A DNA stretch of 64,000 bases, from assembly GCA_016840165.1 (NCBI GenBank), contig JAEOSU010000070.1, forward strand, positions 1-64,000, in the 5' to 3' direction. The position numbers and the translations under genes are program-made. This DNA comes from Promethearchaeota archaeon (GTDB lineage: Archaea; Asgardarchaeota; Lokiarchaeia; Sigyniarchaeales; SOKP01). The notes under the pieces were generated by a model. That model made no database searches, had not been told where the DNA came from, and saw only the letters and a program-made list of their open reading frames with translations. Below, piece after piece: positions 28,451 through 38,796 of the stretch; positions within the stretch are counted from its first letter, which is position 1; each line of letters opens with the position of its first letter.

Positions 28451-29728
28451 TTGGTTCAAAAGCAATTACTTAAGGTATTTACTGGTATCTCTTCGTTTCA
28501 ATTCCTAGCTATGTTTAGAAGAGGGATGTTTTACACGTATCTGTCAATTTATTTGAGAGATTTTTTAAAGTTATCCGTTACGGAAACTACATTATATGCA
28601 ACCATCCCAATGATCTTTTCAGTCATCTTTCAGAATTTTGTCTGGGGTCCTTTAAGTGATCGATGGCAAAAACGCAGGACACTCATAATATTAGGAGAGA
28701 TACTAGCCGGATTCGGAACCATTTTAGTGTGGCTAATACATTCCTTATTTTCTGTTTTTTTAATAGCGGGATATATAATAATTATAGGACTTGCTTGTAT
28801 TGAGATTTTTTGGAGTATGTCGAATATAGGCTGGAGTGCTTTAATAAGTGATCTCTACCCTTTAAAAGAAAGAAGTAGAGTAATGGGGGATTTAACTAGT
28901 ATTGGGGGAATAGGCCGGATAATAGGAATCACTATTGGTGGTTATTTGTATGATAATGGCTTTGGATTCCGAAATGGTACACTTTTTTTTATCGCTTCGA
29001 TAGTTATGTTCTTATCGACTATTCCAATGGTCTTTACTCCAGAAGGAGGAATTAAAATAACTCGAGATTCTATTATTGAACCAGAGAATACAAATTATAA
29101 TCAAAATAATTATAAAACTATTTTTATAATCTTTATTATTGCATTAGTCTTCGTTAATTTCGGTCGAAATTCGATTTCAACGATATATAGCCAATATCTA
29201 ATCTTAGATGAGGGATTTAATGTCGATAGTATATTATTGAGTTACATTGCTAATTTTCGTTCAATTGCGGTGTTATTCATTGGCGTAATTGCCGGTAGAA
29301 TAAGTAAAAAATTTGGGGATTCCAAAATCTTTATTATCGGAGTAATTTTTGCAATAATTGCCCTTCTAATAACAGGATTAACAGATGAATTATTATTTAT
29401 CTTCATTGGGAGTTTCCTCATCGGAACTACTGATGTTATCATATCTGCATCATCTTATACGATCGCTTCTGATCTCATTCCACCAAAAATACGAGCTAAA
29501 CTGTTTGGAGTATATAACACTACTTTTTTTCTTTCTTGGGGCCTCGCTACTACTTTAGTTTCTGGTCCACTTATTGATCTATTGATTAACGGAGGAATTA
29601 ATGAGGTTATTGCCTATCAAACTGCCTTTATCGTAGCCGCTTTAATAACTTCAATAGGTTTTTTAATTTTTATTATATTAACGATTCTACTTTACGTTAA
29701 AAAGAAAAAAGAAAGAACCAATACTTGA
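28451..29728 (+). CDS. MFS transporter
   Basis: WGPLSDRWQKRR (motif A), SDLYPLKERSRVMG, and 12 TM. Confidence 0.9.
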   Translation: MVQKQLLKVFTGISSFQFLAMFRRGMFYTYLSIYLRDFLKLSVTETTLYATIPMIFSVIFQNFVWGPLSDRWQKRRTLIILGEILAGFGTILVWLIHSLFSVFLIAGYIIIIGLACIEIFWSMSNIGWSALISDLYPLKERSRVMGDLTSIGGIGRIIGITIGGYLYDNGFGFRNGTLFFIASIVMFLSTIPMVFTPEGGIKITRDSIIEPENTNYNQNNYKTIFIIFIIALVFVNFGRNSISTIYSQYLILDEGFNVDSILLSYIANFRSIAVLFIGVIAGRISKKFGDSKIFIIGVIFAIIALLITGLTDELLFIFIGSFLIGTTDVIISASSYTIASDLIPPKIRAKLFGVYNTTFFLSWGLATTLVSGPLIDLLINGGINEVIAYQTAFIVAALITSIGFLIFIILTILLYVKKKKERTNT

Positions 29729-29765
29729 TTTCTACAACCTTTTAAAAAAGAGTAAAAAAAATTAA

Positions 29766-29939
29766 TTATTTACAACAATCTTCACATACAAATTCATCTA
29801 ATGAAATATAACCGCATTGTCCACCCATATAACACTCTAATTGATTAGTTTCTTCGTTATATACCATACTATATCCACATTGCACAGGTAAGGTTTCAAT
29901 AACTTTGCCACATTTCGTACAAACCAGTTTTTTCACCAC
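29766..29939 (-). CDS. Small Cys-rich metal-binding protein (57 aa, not in the ORF track)
   Basis: Hand-translated as MVKKLVCTKCGKVIETLPVQCGYSMVYNEETNQLECYMGGQCGYISLDEFVCEDCCK*. GTG start follows a GGAGGTGA RBS, 17 nt downstream of copA. Confidence 0.8.
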   Translation of the reverse strand: MVKKLVCTKCGKVIETLPVQCGYSMVYNEETNQLECYMGGQCGYISLDEFVCEDCCK

Positions 29940-29956
29940 CTTTCACCTCCATATCT

Positions 29957-32938
29957 TTATTCTATAACTATCATAGATTTTCCATGGTGTTTTGGAATGG
30001 ACTCAGCCCCACAGGAAGCACCCATCCAGCAAACCAGTTGATCGCCTTCTTGGTGCATTGGCTTACCACAATGTGAAGGTATCTCTTGTTCATAATCACA
30101 TTCTTGACATTTTAATTTTCCCATAACTTTATCACTCTTACTTTTTTCATTATTTTTAATAAATTTTTCAGGATTGTTTTTAAATTCAGTTCGACAAGAT
30201 TCACTACAGAAATAGTATTCCTTCCCTTCATATTCATAAGATACCCAATCTTCTGGATTCCCTTTCATACCACAAACCGGATCAATAACTTCTTCAGATT
30301 CTTCCCTTTTCATCATTAATTTAGGATTCATATTATCATAATTTTTAAATTTATCTGGATTTCGTTTGAAATGAGCTTCACAGTTAGGATTGCAAAAATG
30401 AAATAATTTATCTTCATACACATATTCAATTGCCCTTCTTGGATCGATTTCCATACCACAAACTGGGTCTATCACTTTCTCTTGAGAAAGTAGTATTCGT
30501 TCCTCTTCTACTTGAAGGGGCGTTTTTGGTTCATAGCGTTTCAGAAATAGGGCGTTAGTCACCACGGATACAGAACTAGAAGCCATGAATACTGCTGCTA
30601 AGTATGGTGGTAAAAAGAATCCTGTAATGTAATATAAAATCCCAGCCGCAATTGGAATACCGATAAGATTGTAAATAAAAGCCCAGAATAAATTAGTCAA
30701 CATTTTTTTATAGGTTTTTTTCGATAGATTAATTGCAGCAACGACGTTCCGTAGATCACCTCGCATTAATACAATATCTGCCGTCTCTATGGCAATATCA
30801 GTACCCGAACCAATTGCAATCCCAACATCAGCTTGAGCTAATGCGGGAGCATCATTTATTCCATCACCTACCATTGCTACTGTAGCTTTTTTATTTTTCT
30901 GTAATTTTTTAATAGTCTCAGCTTTTTCATTTGGGAGAACTTCCGCTAATATCTTATCCTCTTCAATTCCTAGCTTCTTTCCGATGTTCAATCCAGTTTT
31001 CTTATTATCACCGGTTATCATATAGATCTTAAGACCTTCTTCTCGCAATTTCTCCATAGTATAATATGCTTGGTCTTTAATTTTATCCGAAATGCCGATA
31101 ATTCCTCGTAATTTGTTATCTACACTAACTAATATTGAGGTAACTCCCTCTTCTTGAAATTCCGCTAATTTAGGTAAGTATTCACTAATTTCAATATTAT
31201 TATCTTGTATCAGTTTTTCATTACCAATAATTATAACTTCATCACTGATTTTTGCGATGATCCCTTTTCCCGGTTTTGCGTCAAATTCTTTTGGAGATTC
31301 TAATAACAATCCTCTTTGATTCGCCTCTTCAATTATAGCGCGTGCTAATGGATGCTCTGAACCCATTTCAGCACTTCCAGCAGCGATTAATAACTTTCCT
31401 TCGTCAAAACCTTCTTTATTTAGTTCCTTTTCAGTGAAAATCTTTGAAACTCTTGGTTTTCCTACTGTCAAAGTTCCAGTTTTATCAAATACTATTGTAT
31501 TTACCGAATTTATAGCTTCTAATGAGTCGCCACCTTTCAGTAATATTCCATTCTCTGCTCCTTTTCCAGTTCCCACCATAATAGCAGTGGGTATTGCTAA
31601 TCCCAGAGCACATGGGCATGAGATCACAACAATAGAAGTAAATACTTGTAAAGACATCTCTAAACCGATATTTGCAATGAAAAACCAATATAAAAAGGCA
31701 ATAATGGCAATTAATACTACAATAGGAACAAAATAATTGCTCACTTTATCAGCAAGCTTTTGTTTGGCGGCTTTTTTACTTTGTGCTTCTTTCACAAAGT
31801 CTATAATCTGAAATAGTAAAGTATCCTTTCCAACTCGCTCTGATTTCACTTGTAATAATCCTGTTTGATTAACTGTTGCACCAATTACTTCACTATCAAC
31901 TTCTTTCTTAATATATTTACTTTCCCCAGTAATCATTGACTCATCAACTTTAGTTTTTCCTTTAATCACTCTACCATCAACAGGTATTTTTTCACCTGGT
32001 CTTACAACAAGAATATCTCCAACTTCAATTTCTTCGATGGGGATCTCTATTTCTTTTCCATCCTTTAGGAGTGTTGCAGTTTTTGGCTGGAGACCAATAA
32101 GTTTCTTTAAAGCTTCAGAAGTTTGGCCTTTAGTCTTATGTTCAAAGTATTTTCCGATTAAGAGGAATGACAAAATCATAGACATTGCTTCGTAGAATGT
32201 TTTTCCATCAATAAAAAACGTAGTTAAAATAGAATAAACTAAAGCAGTAGTTGTACCTAGGGCGACTAAGACATCCATATTTGTAGATTTGTTTCTTAAT
32301 GATTTATATGCTCCGATAAGGAAGAAGGATCCCGCAACACCATAATTCCCAATAGCCAAGAAAAAGAGGAGTAAATTTCTAATAAAAGACTCAGCTACAA
32401 ACCAACTAATTGGTGTAATAACAAGTGTAAATGCTAATGATATGAATAAGATTCGAAGTCGATAATTCATTTCTTTTTTATGCTTTTCAATTTCCTTATC
32501 AATCGCACCAGCAGCTTTTTCAATGTCATATCCTAATTTTTTAATGTGTGTATAAACTTTGATCTCATCAATTTTTAATTCATTGAATTCGATAAATAAC
32601 TTAGAAGCTGCGAAATTACCACGAACACTGTGTATCCCTTCAATAGACTTCACTTTTCCAACTAATGAATTAAAATTATCCTCGGTGAGTATGTCATTTA
32701 CTTTAATATCTACTTTAGCTAGAGTAGATTTATATCCTAAATCTTTTATAGCCTTGTTAAACTCGTCATAGTTGGTTACATCCGAATTATATTCCACTGT
32801 AGCCTCTTCATTTGCGAAATTTACCACTGAACTGGAGACTCCTGGCATATCCTTCAGTTTTGTCTCTATTTTTAGCGCACATGATGCACATGTCATGCCG
32901 CCTAGCTTAATTTTTATTTTTTCTTCCGTTGATTCCAC
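29957..32938 (-). CDS. copA: Copper-translocating P1B-type ATPase with HMA, 2x YHS/TRASH and C-terminal Cys/His domain
   Basis: [34 protein letters not shown] and MASSS motifs; two DPVCGM repeats; Cys/His tail. Confidence 0.95.
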   Translation of the reverse strand: MESTEEKIKIKLGGMTCASCALKIETKLKDMPGVSSSVVNFANEEATVEYNSDVTNYDEFNKAIKDLGYKSTLAKVDIKVNDILTEDNFNSLVGKVKSIEGIHSVRGNFAASKLFIEFNELKIDEIKVYTHIKKLGYDIEKAAGAIDKEIEKHKKEMNYRLRILFISLAFTLVITPISWFVAESFIRNLLLFFLAIGNYGVAGSFFLIGAYKSLRNKSTNMDVLVALGTTTALVYSILTTFFIDGKTFYEAMSMILSFLLIGKYFEHKTKGQTSEALKKLIGLQPKTATLLKDGKEIEIPIEEIEVGDILVVRPGEKIPVDGRVIKGKTKVDESMITGESKYIKKEVDSEVIGATVNQTGLLQVKSERVGKDTLLFQIIDFVKEAQSKKAAKQKLADKVSNYFVPIVVLIAIIAFLYWFFIANIGLEMSLQVFTSIVVISCPCALGLAIPTAIMVGTGKGAENGILLKGGDSLEAINSVNTIVFDKTGTLTVGKPRVSKIFTEKELNKEGFDEGKLLIAAGSAEMGSEHPLARAIIEEANQRGLLLESPKEFDAKPGKGIIAKISDEVIIIGNEKLIQDNNIEISEYLPKLAEFQEEGVTSILVSVDNKLRGIIGISDKIKDQAYYTMEKLREEGLKIYMITGDNKKTGLNIGKKLGIEEDKILAEVLPNEKAETIKKLQKNKKATVAMVGDGINDAPALAQADVGIAIGSGTDIAIETADIVLMRGDLRNVVAAINLSKKTYKKMLTNLFWAFIYNLIGIPIAAGILYYITGFFLPPYLAAVFMASSSVSVVTNALFLKRYEPKTPLQVEEERILLSQEKVIDPVCGMEIDPRRAIEYVYEDKLFHFCNPNCEAHFKRNPDKFKNYDNMNPKLMMKREESEEVIDPVCGMKGNPEDWVSYEYEGKEYYFCSESCRTEFKNNPEKFIKNNEKSKSDKVMGKLKCQECDYEQEIPSHCGKPMHQEGDQLVCWMGASCGAESIPKHHGKSMIVIE

Positions 32939-33099
32939 ATATATTCACCTTTCATCAAATAATCCTATTATAGTAATAGAAAATGATGTAGAAATAGCTA
33001 CTGATTATAATTTGAAATGATCAAAAGTTTTTTTCGATTATAAGGTTTAAATTTTGATGCTATAATCTATAAATTATTAATGATTCTAAGGGATTCATT

Positions 33100-33486
33100 T
33101 TATTGAGGTTCTTTTTTTGAGTAATATTTTTCAATAGCATCGTGGAGAGCATCAGCTGCCAAATTGCTACAATGGAGTTTTTGGGGTGGTAACCCACCTA
33201 AAGAATTAGCAATATCGTCCCTAGTTATTGTTTTGGCCTCCTCTAAAGTTTTACCTTTAGCTAATTCTGTAATCATCGATGAGGTCGCAATTGCAGCTGC
33301 GCACCCGAATGTCTGGAACGATATATCGTTAATGATATCCTTTCCATTCCTTCTATCCACTTTAATATAGATAAACATGAGATCCCCGCAAATGGGGTTT
33401 CCATATTCGCCACATGCATCTGCATCCTTCATCTCTCCCATATTACGGGGGTTTTTGAAATGATCGAGCACTTTATCGGAGTACAT
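33100..33486 (-). CDS. iscU: Fe-S cluster scaffold IscU/NifU-type (MisU)
   Basis: MYSDKVLDHFKNPRN, NPICGD, FGCAAAIA and LPPQKLHCS motifs. Confidence 0.95.
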   Translation of the reverse strand: MYSDKVLDHFKNPRNMGEMKDADACGEYGNPICGDLMFIYIKVDRRNGKDIINDISFQTFGCAAAIATSSMITELAKGKTLEEAKTITRDDIANSLGGLPPQKLHCSNLAADALHDAIEKYYSKKEPQ

Positions 33487-33503
33487 TATCTTTGTAATTT
33501 TAT

Positions 33504-35807
33504 CTAATTTAGAATTAATAATTTTCTCTTTTGAGGTAAAGATACTTTTTCTACGCCTAATTCCTTAACATATTCCACAACTTCAAATAAATTTTTAGCA
33601 GATTGGTGAAAGAAGCATACTTCTTTGGGTTCGAGATTTTCAATCATTTTAGTGAGCTGTTTCTTGTCAGAATGAAGTATGATTTTCAACTGAGGAACAA
33701 ATGTATTTATGAGTAATGCTCTAAAGGGCGCTTTCCATGTTTCTGAGAATTCAATTTCTTCAGCTCCAGAAACTAAAGATAGCCCTGGTTCTTCATGCAC
33801 CGATCCTGCAAGATAAACTAAATTATGTGGATTGCGACCAATAACATTAATGATGTTTCTAATTATTCCATAAGATATATCGGGCGGATGAGAGATGATA
33901 ATGTTATTCTTATTCCTTAAAAATTCTAAATCATCCACGCCAAACCATCGAAATTTGATACTGTTAAAGGGGTTGGCTTTATCACGAATGAGTTTAGAGA
34001 TTGGTCCATATATATATTTATAACGGGTATTTATGACTTGGATGTTTTTCTTTACCATCATATCAACGTAGATGTTAGGGCGTTTTTTAAAGTTTTTTCT
34101 TAATTGTAGCTTTCGGAAATATCTCCAGAAAATCAACATAAAAGTAATTGCTAAACTCGAGGGATCTGCACCAATGAGCACGTTATCTTCATACTCAGCT
34201 TTTTGCTCTAAAAATAATATTAAACTATGAAATGTTTCATTTATATCTCCGTAATCATCCATAGCACAAGTACCATCTATGAGTAAATAATCAATAGGTT
34301 TTGAGATCTGTCCCAGAAATCTTTTTGTTCCAGCAAAAGGAGTTATATCGTAGTAAGTATAATCTCCCGTATATAAAAAGCGAAAATCTTTGACTTTTGC
34401 CAAAATCATTAAAGCTCCAGGCATATGACCAGCATGATAGAAAGAAAGATAACATTCTTTCTCTTTAAAGTCAACTTTAGTACCATTTTCAACATATATT
34501 ACATTACTGACAATCTTTCGATATTCCTCCTCTTCGATTTCAGATTGGGATTCTTGTTTCAAAAAATTAGAATCACGTAGGAGATATAAATCCAAAGTAA
34601 TCCTAGAACAAAGAATAGGGATATCTGGATAATGTTTAATTAATTCCTTTAATCCGGAGATATGATCATAATGAGAATGCGATAAAAATATTGCATCAAT
34701 GCTTGGTTTCGATGTACTATAAGGATTAGCTATACTATCTGAACCATATTTATTAGAAGCTTCTGCATCTTCATGTGATGAATTTTTTAATTCCTCCTCA
34801 AGAAGTTGAGGTAAATCGTCTAAATATTCTGTAATATAGTGGAAATCTCCTTCTTCTTCTGTTTCTTCATTAGGGGGAGTAAAACCACAATCAATTAGGA
34901 TATTTAATTTTCCCAATCCTAAAATATGGGCATTATGATTTGGTTTAAGAATAATTGGATAGATTGTTACCCTAATATCATTTTTATTCGTCTCGTCTGA
35001 AATTAAAGAGATATTTTGAAAATAAGTCTCATCCCATCGTTTTTCAATTTTATCAATAGCTAGTGAGATATCACTTTCTCCAACTGCTACTCCTGTGATA
35101 TAAAAATACCAACCATACTTTTTTACCAGTGATTCTAAATGCTCATACATTATGTCAGCATTTAAAGATTTGATGACAATGACTCTTTCTTTCTCATAAT
35201 AAATAATTTTCCTTATGGATTTCTTTTCTTTCTCTGGAATCAAAGTATTGTTATAAAAAATGTCTTTTATGACCTTTTCAAAATCAGTTTGCGTTATATT
35301 TTGTGATTTCATCAATTTAAAGTATTGGAAATACTCTCTTGTATGATATAGTGAACGCATATTCCTTTTTTGTTTGATGATAATCGAAAGCTCATCATAC
35401 TCAAACAAATCTTTAGATATTGTAACTTCTTCTCCTTTTTTTTCTTTCTTTTGTTCTTTCTTTTTTTCGCTTTTCTTAGTTTTATCAGTTTCAGAGACAA
35501 AAAAAAACCAACCATACTCTTTAACCAATTTCTCTCTGTTCCAGATTATTTGTTTACCAGATTTAGTGACCATGATTATAATTCTATCTTCTGGATTGTA
35601 AATGATCTTTGATATAGAAGCTTTAGTTTTTTCAGAAATTATATTGCTTGATAAAAAAAAGTGTTTTAAAACTTCGTGCACATCTTTTTGAGGAATTTCC
35701 TCCTTAATCATATATTCTAAATGCCTTTTATATGACTTGATTTTAAATTGTGAAGTTAACTTTTTCTTTTCAATAAGTGGTATTTTTTTAAATTCCTCAA
35801 TGTGCAT
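33504..35807 (-). CDS. Beta-CASP MBL ribonuclease, divergent aCPSF1-like, with duplicated N-terminal KH-like domains
   Basis: LIDCG, LSHSHYDH, AGHMPGA, YTGD, LHSD and FFHQ motifs; two ~85-aa N-terminal repeats ending L.K.YGW. Confidence 0.75.
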   Translation of the reverse strand: MHIEEFKKIPLIEKKKLTSQFKIKSYKRHLEYMIKEEIPQKDVHEVLKHFFLSSNIISEKTKASISKIIYNPEDRIIIMVTKSGKQIIWNREKLVKEYGWFFFVSETDKTKKSEKKKEQKKEKKGEEVTISKDLFEYDELSIIIKQKRNMRSLYHTREYFQYFKLMKSQNITQTDFEKVIKDIFYNNTLIPEKEKKSIRKIIYYEKERVIVIKSLNADIMYEHLESLVKKYGWYFYITGVAVGESDISLAIDKIEKRWDETYFQNISLISDETNKNDIRVTIYPIILKPNHNAHILGLGKLNILIDCGFTPPNEETEEEGDFHYITEYLDDLPQLLEEELKNSSHEDAEASNKYGSDSIANPYSTSKPSIDAIFLSHSHYDHISGLKELIKHYPDIPILCSRITLDLYLLRDSNFLKQESQSEIEEEEYRKIVSNVIYVENGTKVDFKEKECYLSFYHAGHMPGALMILAKVKDFRFLYTGDYTYYDITPFAGTKRFLGQISKPIDYLLIDGTCAMDDYGDINETFHSLILFLEQKAEYEDNVLIGADPSSLAITFMLIFWRYFRKLQLRKNFKKRPNIYVDMMVKKNIQVINTRYKYIYGPISKLIRDKANPFNSIKFRWFGVDDLEFLRNKNNIIISHPPDISYGIIRNIINVIGRNPHNLVYLAGSVHEEPGLSLVSGAEEIEFSETWKAPFRALLINTFVPQLKIILHSDKKQLTKMIENLEPKEVCFFHQSAKNLFEVVEYVKELGVEKVSLPQKRKLLILN

Positions 35808-35927
35808 TAATTTATGATATACACAAAATAAAATAATGGTTTCGATTTAGTAGAAAGTGTTGTAATTTAATCTTCGAATGAGTGATTAGAAAAAGTAATA
35901 AAAAAATCTAGATGATGAATTTAAATT

Positions 35928-36506
35928 TTATACTTTCTTTCTCTTGTATAATTGCCAATGAAGCCTTTCTTTTGGAGGAAAATTACCTCCTTTAACAGAA
36001 CTCACTTGTTCTATTGAGATAAAGGCTTTGGGATTTATTACTCTAATGATACTCAATACTTTAGGGAGATTTTTTCTCTTAATTACAAGCAAAACTAATC
36101 TAACAATACCTTTTGTACCCTCTGCGGTCATTGTCGTCAATCCATAACCCTTTTCTTTTAACGCTTTAATTAACTCATCCGGATTTTCTTTAACAATTAA
36201 TTGAAGGTTTAATAATCCAATGGAAATTTTTTGCTCAATAATCAAACCTACATAATTTCCCATAGCAAATCCTCCTGCATATGCAAAATAATAAATGAAA
36301 TTAGTTAAATCACTGAAGATTTGACCGATAGCAAGTAGCCAAATCATAATTTCGAAAAAACCCACTAAAGGAGCTAGCTTTTTCTTGCCTTGTGATATAA
36401 AAACAATGCGAAGCGTACCTAAAGATACATCCCCTACTCGAGCAATAAAAATTAGTATTGGCAGAATTACCAACGAGAATATGAAATTTTCATACAAATT
36501 TATCAT
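35928..36506 (-). CDS. DUF2179/UPF0316 membrane protein
   Basis: ARVGDVSLGTLR, GFFE and YAGGFAMGNYVG motifs; PII-like C-terminal domain. Confidence 0.9.
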   Translation of the reverse strand: MINLYENFIFSLVILPILIFIARVGDVSLGTLRIVFISQGKKKLAPLVGFFEIMIWLLAIGQIFSDLTNFIYYFAYAGGFAMGNYVGLIIEQKISIGLLNLQLIVKENPDELIKALKEKGYGLTTMTAEGTKGIVRLVLLVIKRKNLPKVLSIIRVINPKAFISIEQVSSVKGGNFPPKERLHWQLYKRKKV

Positions 36507-36618
36507 AGGAACTTACACCTTAAATTATAAAATATTTTTATTGAAAATCGATTCCATATTCTTTTCCCTATTTATTAGGTTCTCATTTATAAAATATTGA
36601 TTCTATATTAAATATATT

Positions 36619-37251
36619 TTATTTTTCATGTGCTTTTTCTATCTCATCTTTTAAATTTACGAGCTCAATTTTAATCTTATCTGTTTCATCTTTTAATTTA
36701 CGCCATTCTTGTTCAATTATGTTACAATCTTTTGTCAACTTTTCTTTATCTAAGTCATTGCAAGCGTTCTCCAATTTTTCTCTTGTTAAATCTAATTCTT
36801 CTCGTTTTTGATTTAACATTGATTCTAAAGCCTTTAAACCCTCTTCTTTAATTAAGATTTCTTTTAAAATCAATTCATTTTTGTCCATATCGATTAGTTC
36901 CTCAATTCTAGTGAGATAACGTTTGATGGGAGTCAGATTAATTTCTTTTGAATCTTCATTCTTAAAAAATAAACCAATATTACTGTCTTCCCCTAATTTC
37001 ACTAAAATAATTGTCACTTCTTCCATTTCAACTATGAGTTTTTTATAATCTTCTGGTTTAAACAGACAGATATCATTGATTTTTCGAGCATTATGTAAAA
37101 TTTTTGCTAATGTTTCTCCCAATTTAGGGATATTAGTTTCTTGTTCAAATGTGGACTGAAAAATCATACCATTATTATAAAACATAATGATATGAACCAC
37201 TTCTGGTAATGCGGCTTTAATCCGAACAATATTTTTAAATACTATATTCAA
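36619..37251 (-). CDS. Roadblock/profilin-like domain plus coiled-coil protein
   Basis: VVHIIMFYNNGMIFQSTF..KLG..LA..YKKLIVEMEEVTIILVKL..IGLFF pattern, then heptads. Confidence 0.65.
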   Translation of the reverse strand: MNIVFKNIVRIKAALPEVVHIIMFYNNGMIFQSTFEQETNIPKLGETLAKILHNARKINDICLFKPEDYKKLIVEMEEVTIILVKLGEDSNIGLFFKNEDSKEINLTPIKRYLTRIEELIDMDKNELILKEILIKEEGLKALESMLNQKREELDLTREKLENACNDLDKEKLTKDCNIIEQEWRKLKDETDKIKIELVNLKDEIEKAHEK

Positions 37252-38703
37252 TCACCCATAGAAAGTAGCTCTAATTCTACTTATTATATAATCGATTATT
37301 TTATTAACTTTTTTGATACCAGATTTTTTAAGGAGAAAGAAGATAATGATTATTAAAAGGATCACTAAGATAATTAATATTCCAATAGAGAAATTGAAAA
37401 TAAGCGTATAATAAATGGAAACTATTATTAGCTGATAGGTTGTAGTAAAGAATCCAATTTTAAAAAATTGCTTAAAACTGATTGGTCTTTTGTTTGCTTC
37501 AGCTATTTGAACAACTAGTATATTATCTCCTAAGGGAGTAAGATTATCACCCCAATTAGCTCCTATTGCTAAGCTGTAGTAAAATTGGTCACCATTAGTT
37601 GGAGGAAATTTACTTGAAATGGTTCCTATGACCGGAATTAAAACTTTGGTTATAGGAATATTATCTATTGTACTACTTAAAAATGCAGAAATCCATAGAA
37701 TGATAAGTACTTGAAAATAGAGATCTCCACCAGAAAGGTTAGCCATCATATCTCCAAGAAGTTGCACCACTCCGAGGAGTTCAAGACCACCTGCAATAAC
37801 GAAGATCCCTAAGAGATATAAAATCAATTCTAAATCTATTTTAGAGATTATCTCTTTTACTTCAATTCTACTAATCAATATTAGGATGAGGGCAATAATT
37901 AATGCTATTATATCAGTTGTTAACAATGATGTTGGAATGATAATAAACATGATAAATAAAATGATCAATGAAAATATTGATTTTAGTAATAAAGTCTTAT
38001 TTGGGACGAAATTCCACACATTAAATTCTCTCAGAACCTTGATTCCTTCTTGAGGAATTTCTAATGCCTTTTTAAACACAAAAATAAAGAGTAATAGTGT
38101 AAAAGCAAATATCACCAATGAAATGGTCCCAACATTCAGAAAGAAATCTATAAATTGAATTTCAGCATAATTACTTATCAATATGTTTGGTATAGAGGAT
38201 ATAGTAAAAAGTGTACCTCCAATATTTACTAAAATCGCTTGAGTGAGAATATATGGAGAAGGGTTTACATTTAAAATGCGAGATACCGTGATTGTAAGAG
38301 GTATTAGAATTATAACTGTTAAAATGTTATTCAACACCGCTGATATTAGAATAGTAATAAAGCAGAAAATAGACATTAGATAAAGAGGTTTTCCTTTTGA
38401 TAGCTTAATCAAATTTAAAGCAAAAAATTGAAAAAGCCCTGCTTCATTTGAAATTTGTACGATAAACATCATAGCGATTATTAGAATAAGCGAATGTAAG
38501 TTTACAAAACCTTCACTTTCAGATCCAAATAAAAGTTCAATGATTACTTTAAAATCCATACCCTCTAAAAATGTTAGCGTTAGGTATACGATTATGGCTC
38601 CTATTAATGCAGCTACTGCTCGATTCAATTTTTCAGTAACAATAAGAAGGATTACTCCAATAAAACATCCTAAAACGATTATGACACTAAGTATCATTAC
38701 CAA
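37252..38703 (-). CDS. SLC13/ArsB/P-protein family permease
   Basis: SAVLNN, NIGG....SSIPNIL, SSTIDNIP and GANWGDNLTPLG motifs. Confidence 0.88.
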   Translation of the reverse strand: MVMILSVIIVLGCFIGVILLIVTEKLNRAVAALIGAIIVYLTLTFLEGMDFKVIIELLFGSESEGFVNLHSLILIIAMMFIVQISNEAGLFQFFALNLIKLSKGKPLYLMSIFCFITILISAVLNNILTVIILIPLTITVSRILNVNPSPYILTQAILVNIGGTLFTISSIPNILISNYAEIQFIDFFLNVGTISLVIFAFTLLLFIFVFKKALEIPQEGIKVLREFNVWNFVPNKTLLLKSIFSLIILFIMFIIIPTSLLTTDIIALIIALILILISRIEVKEIISKIDLELILYLLGIFVIAGGLELLGVVQLLGDMMANLSGGDLYFQVLIILWISAFLSSTIDNIPITKVLIPVIGTISSKFPPTNGDQFYYSLAIGANWGDNLTPLGDNILVVQIAEANKRPISFKQFFKIGFFTTTYQLIIVSIYYTLIFNFSIGILIILVILLIIIIFFLLKKSGIKKVNKIIDYIISRIRATFYG

Positions 38704-38796
38704 TTCATCATTTAATTTTTTCTATGAGACTATCATAAAGTTCTGTAAAATAAAAACCTATTTTTTATTTAAAAATAAAAGAAGGCAAATATTAAT

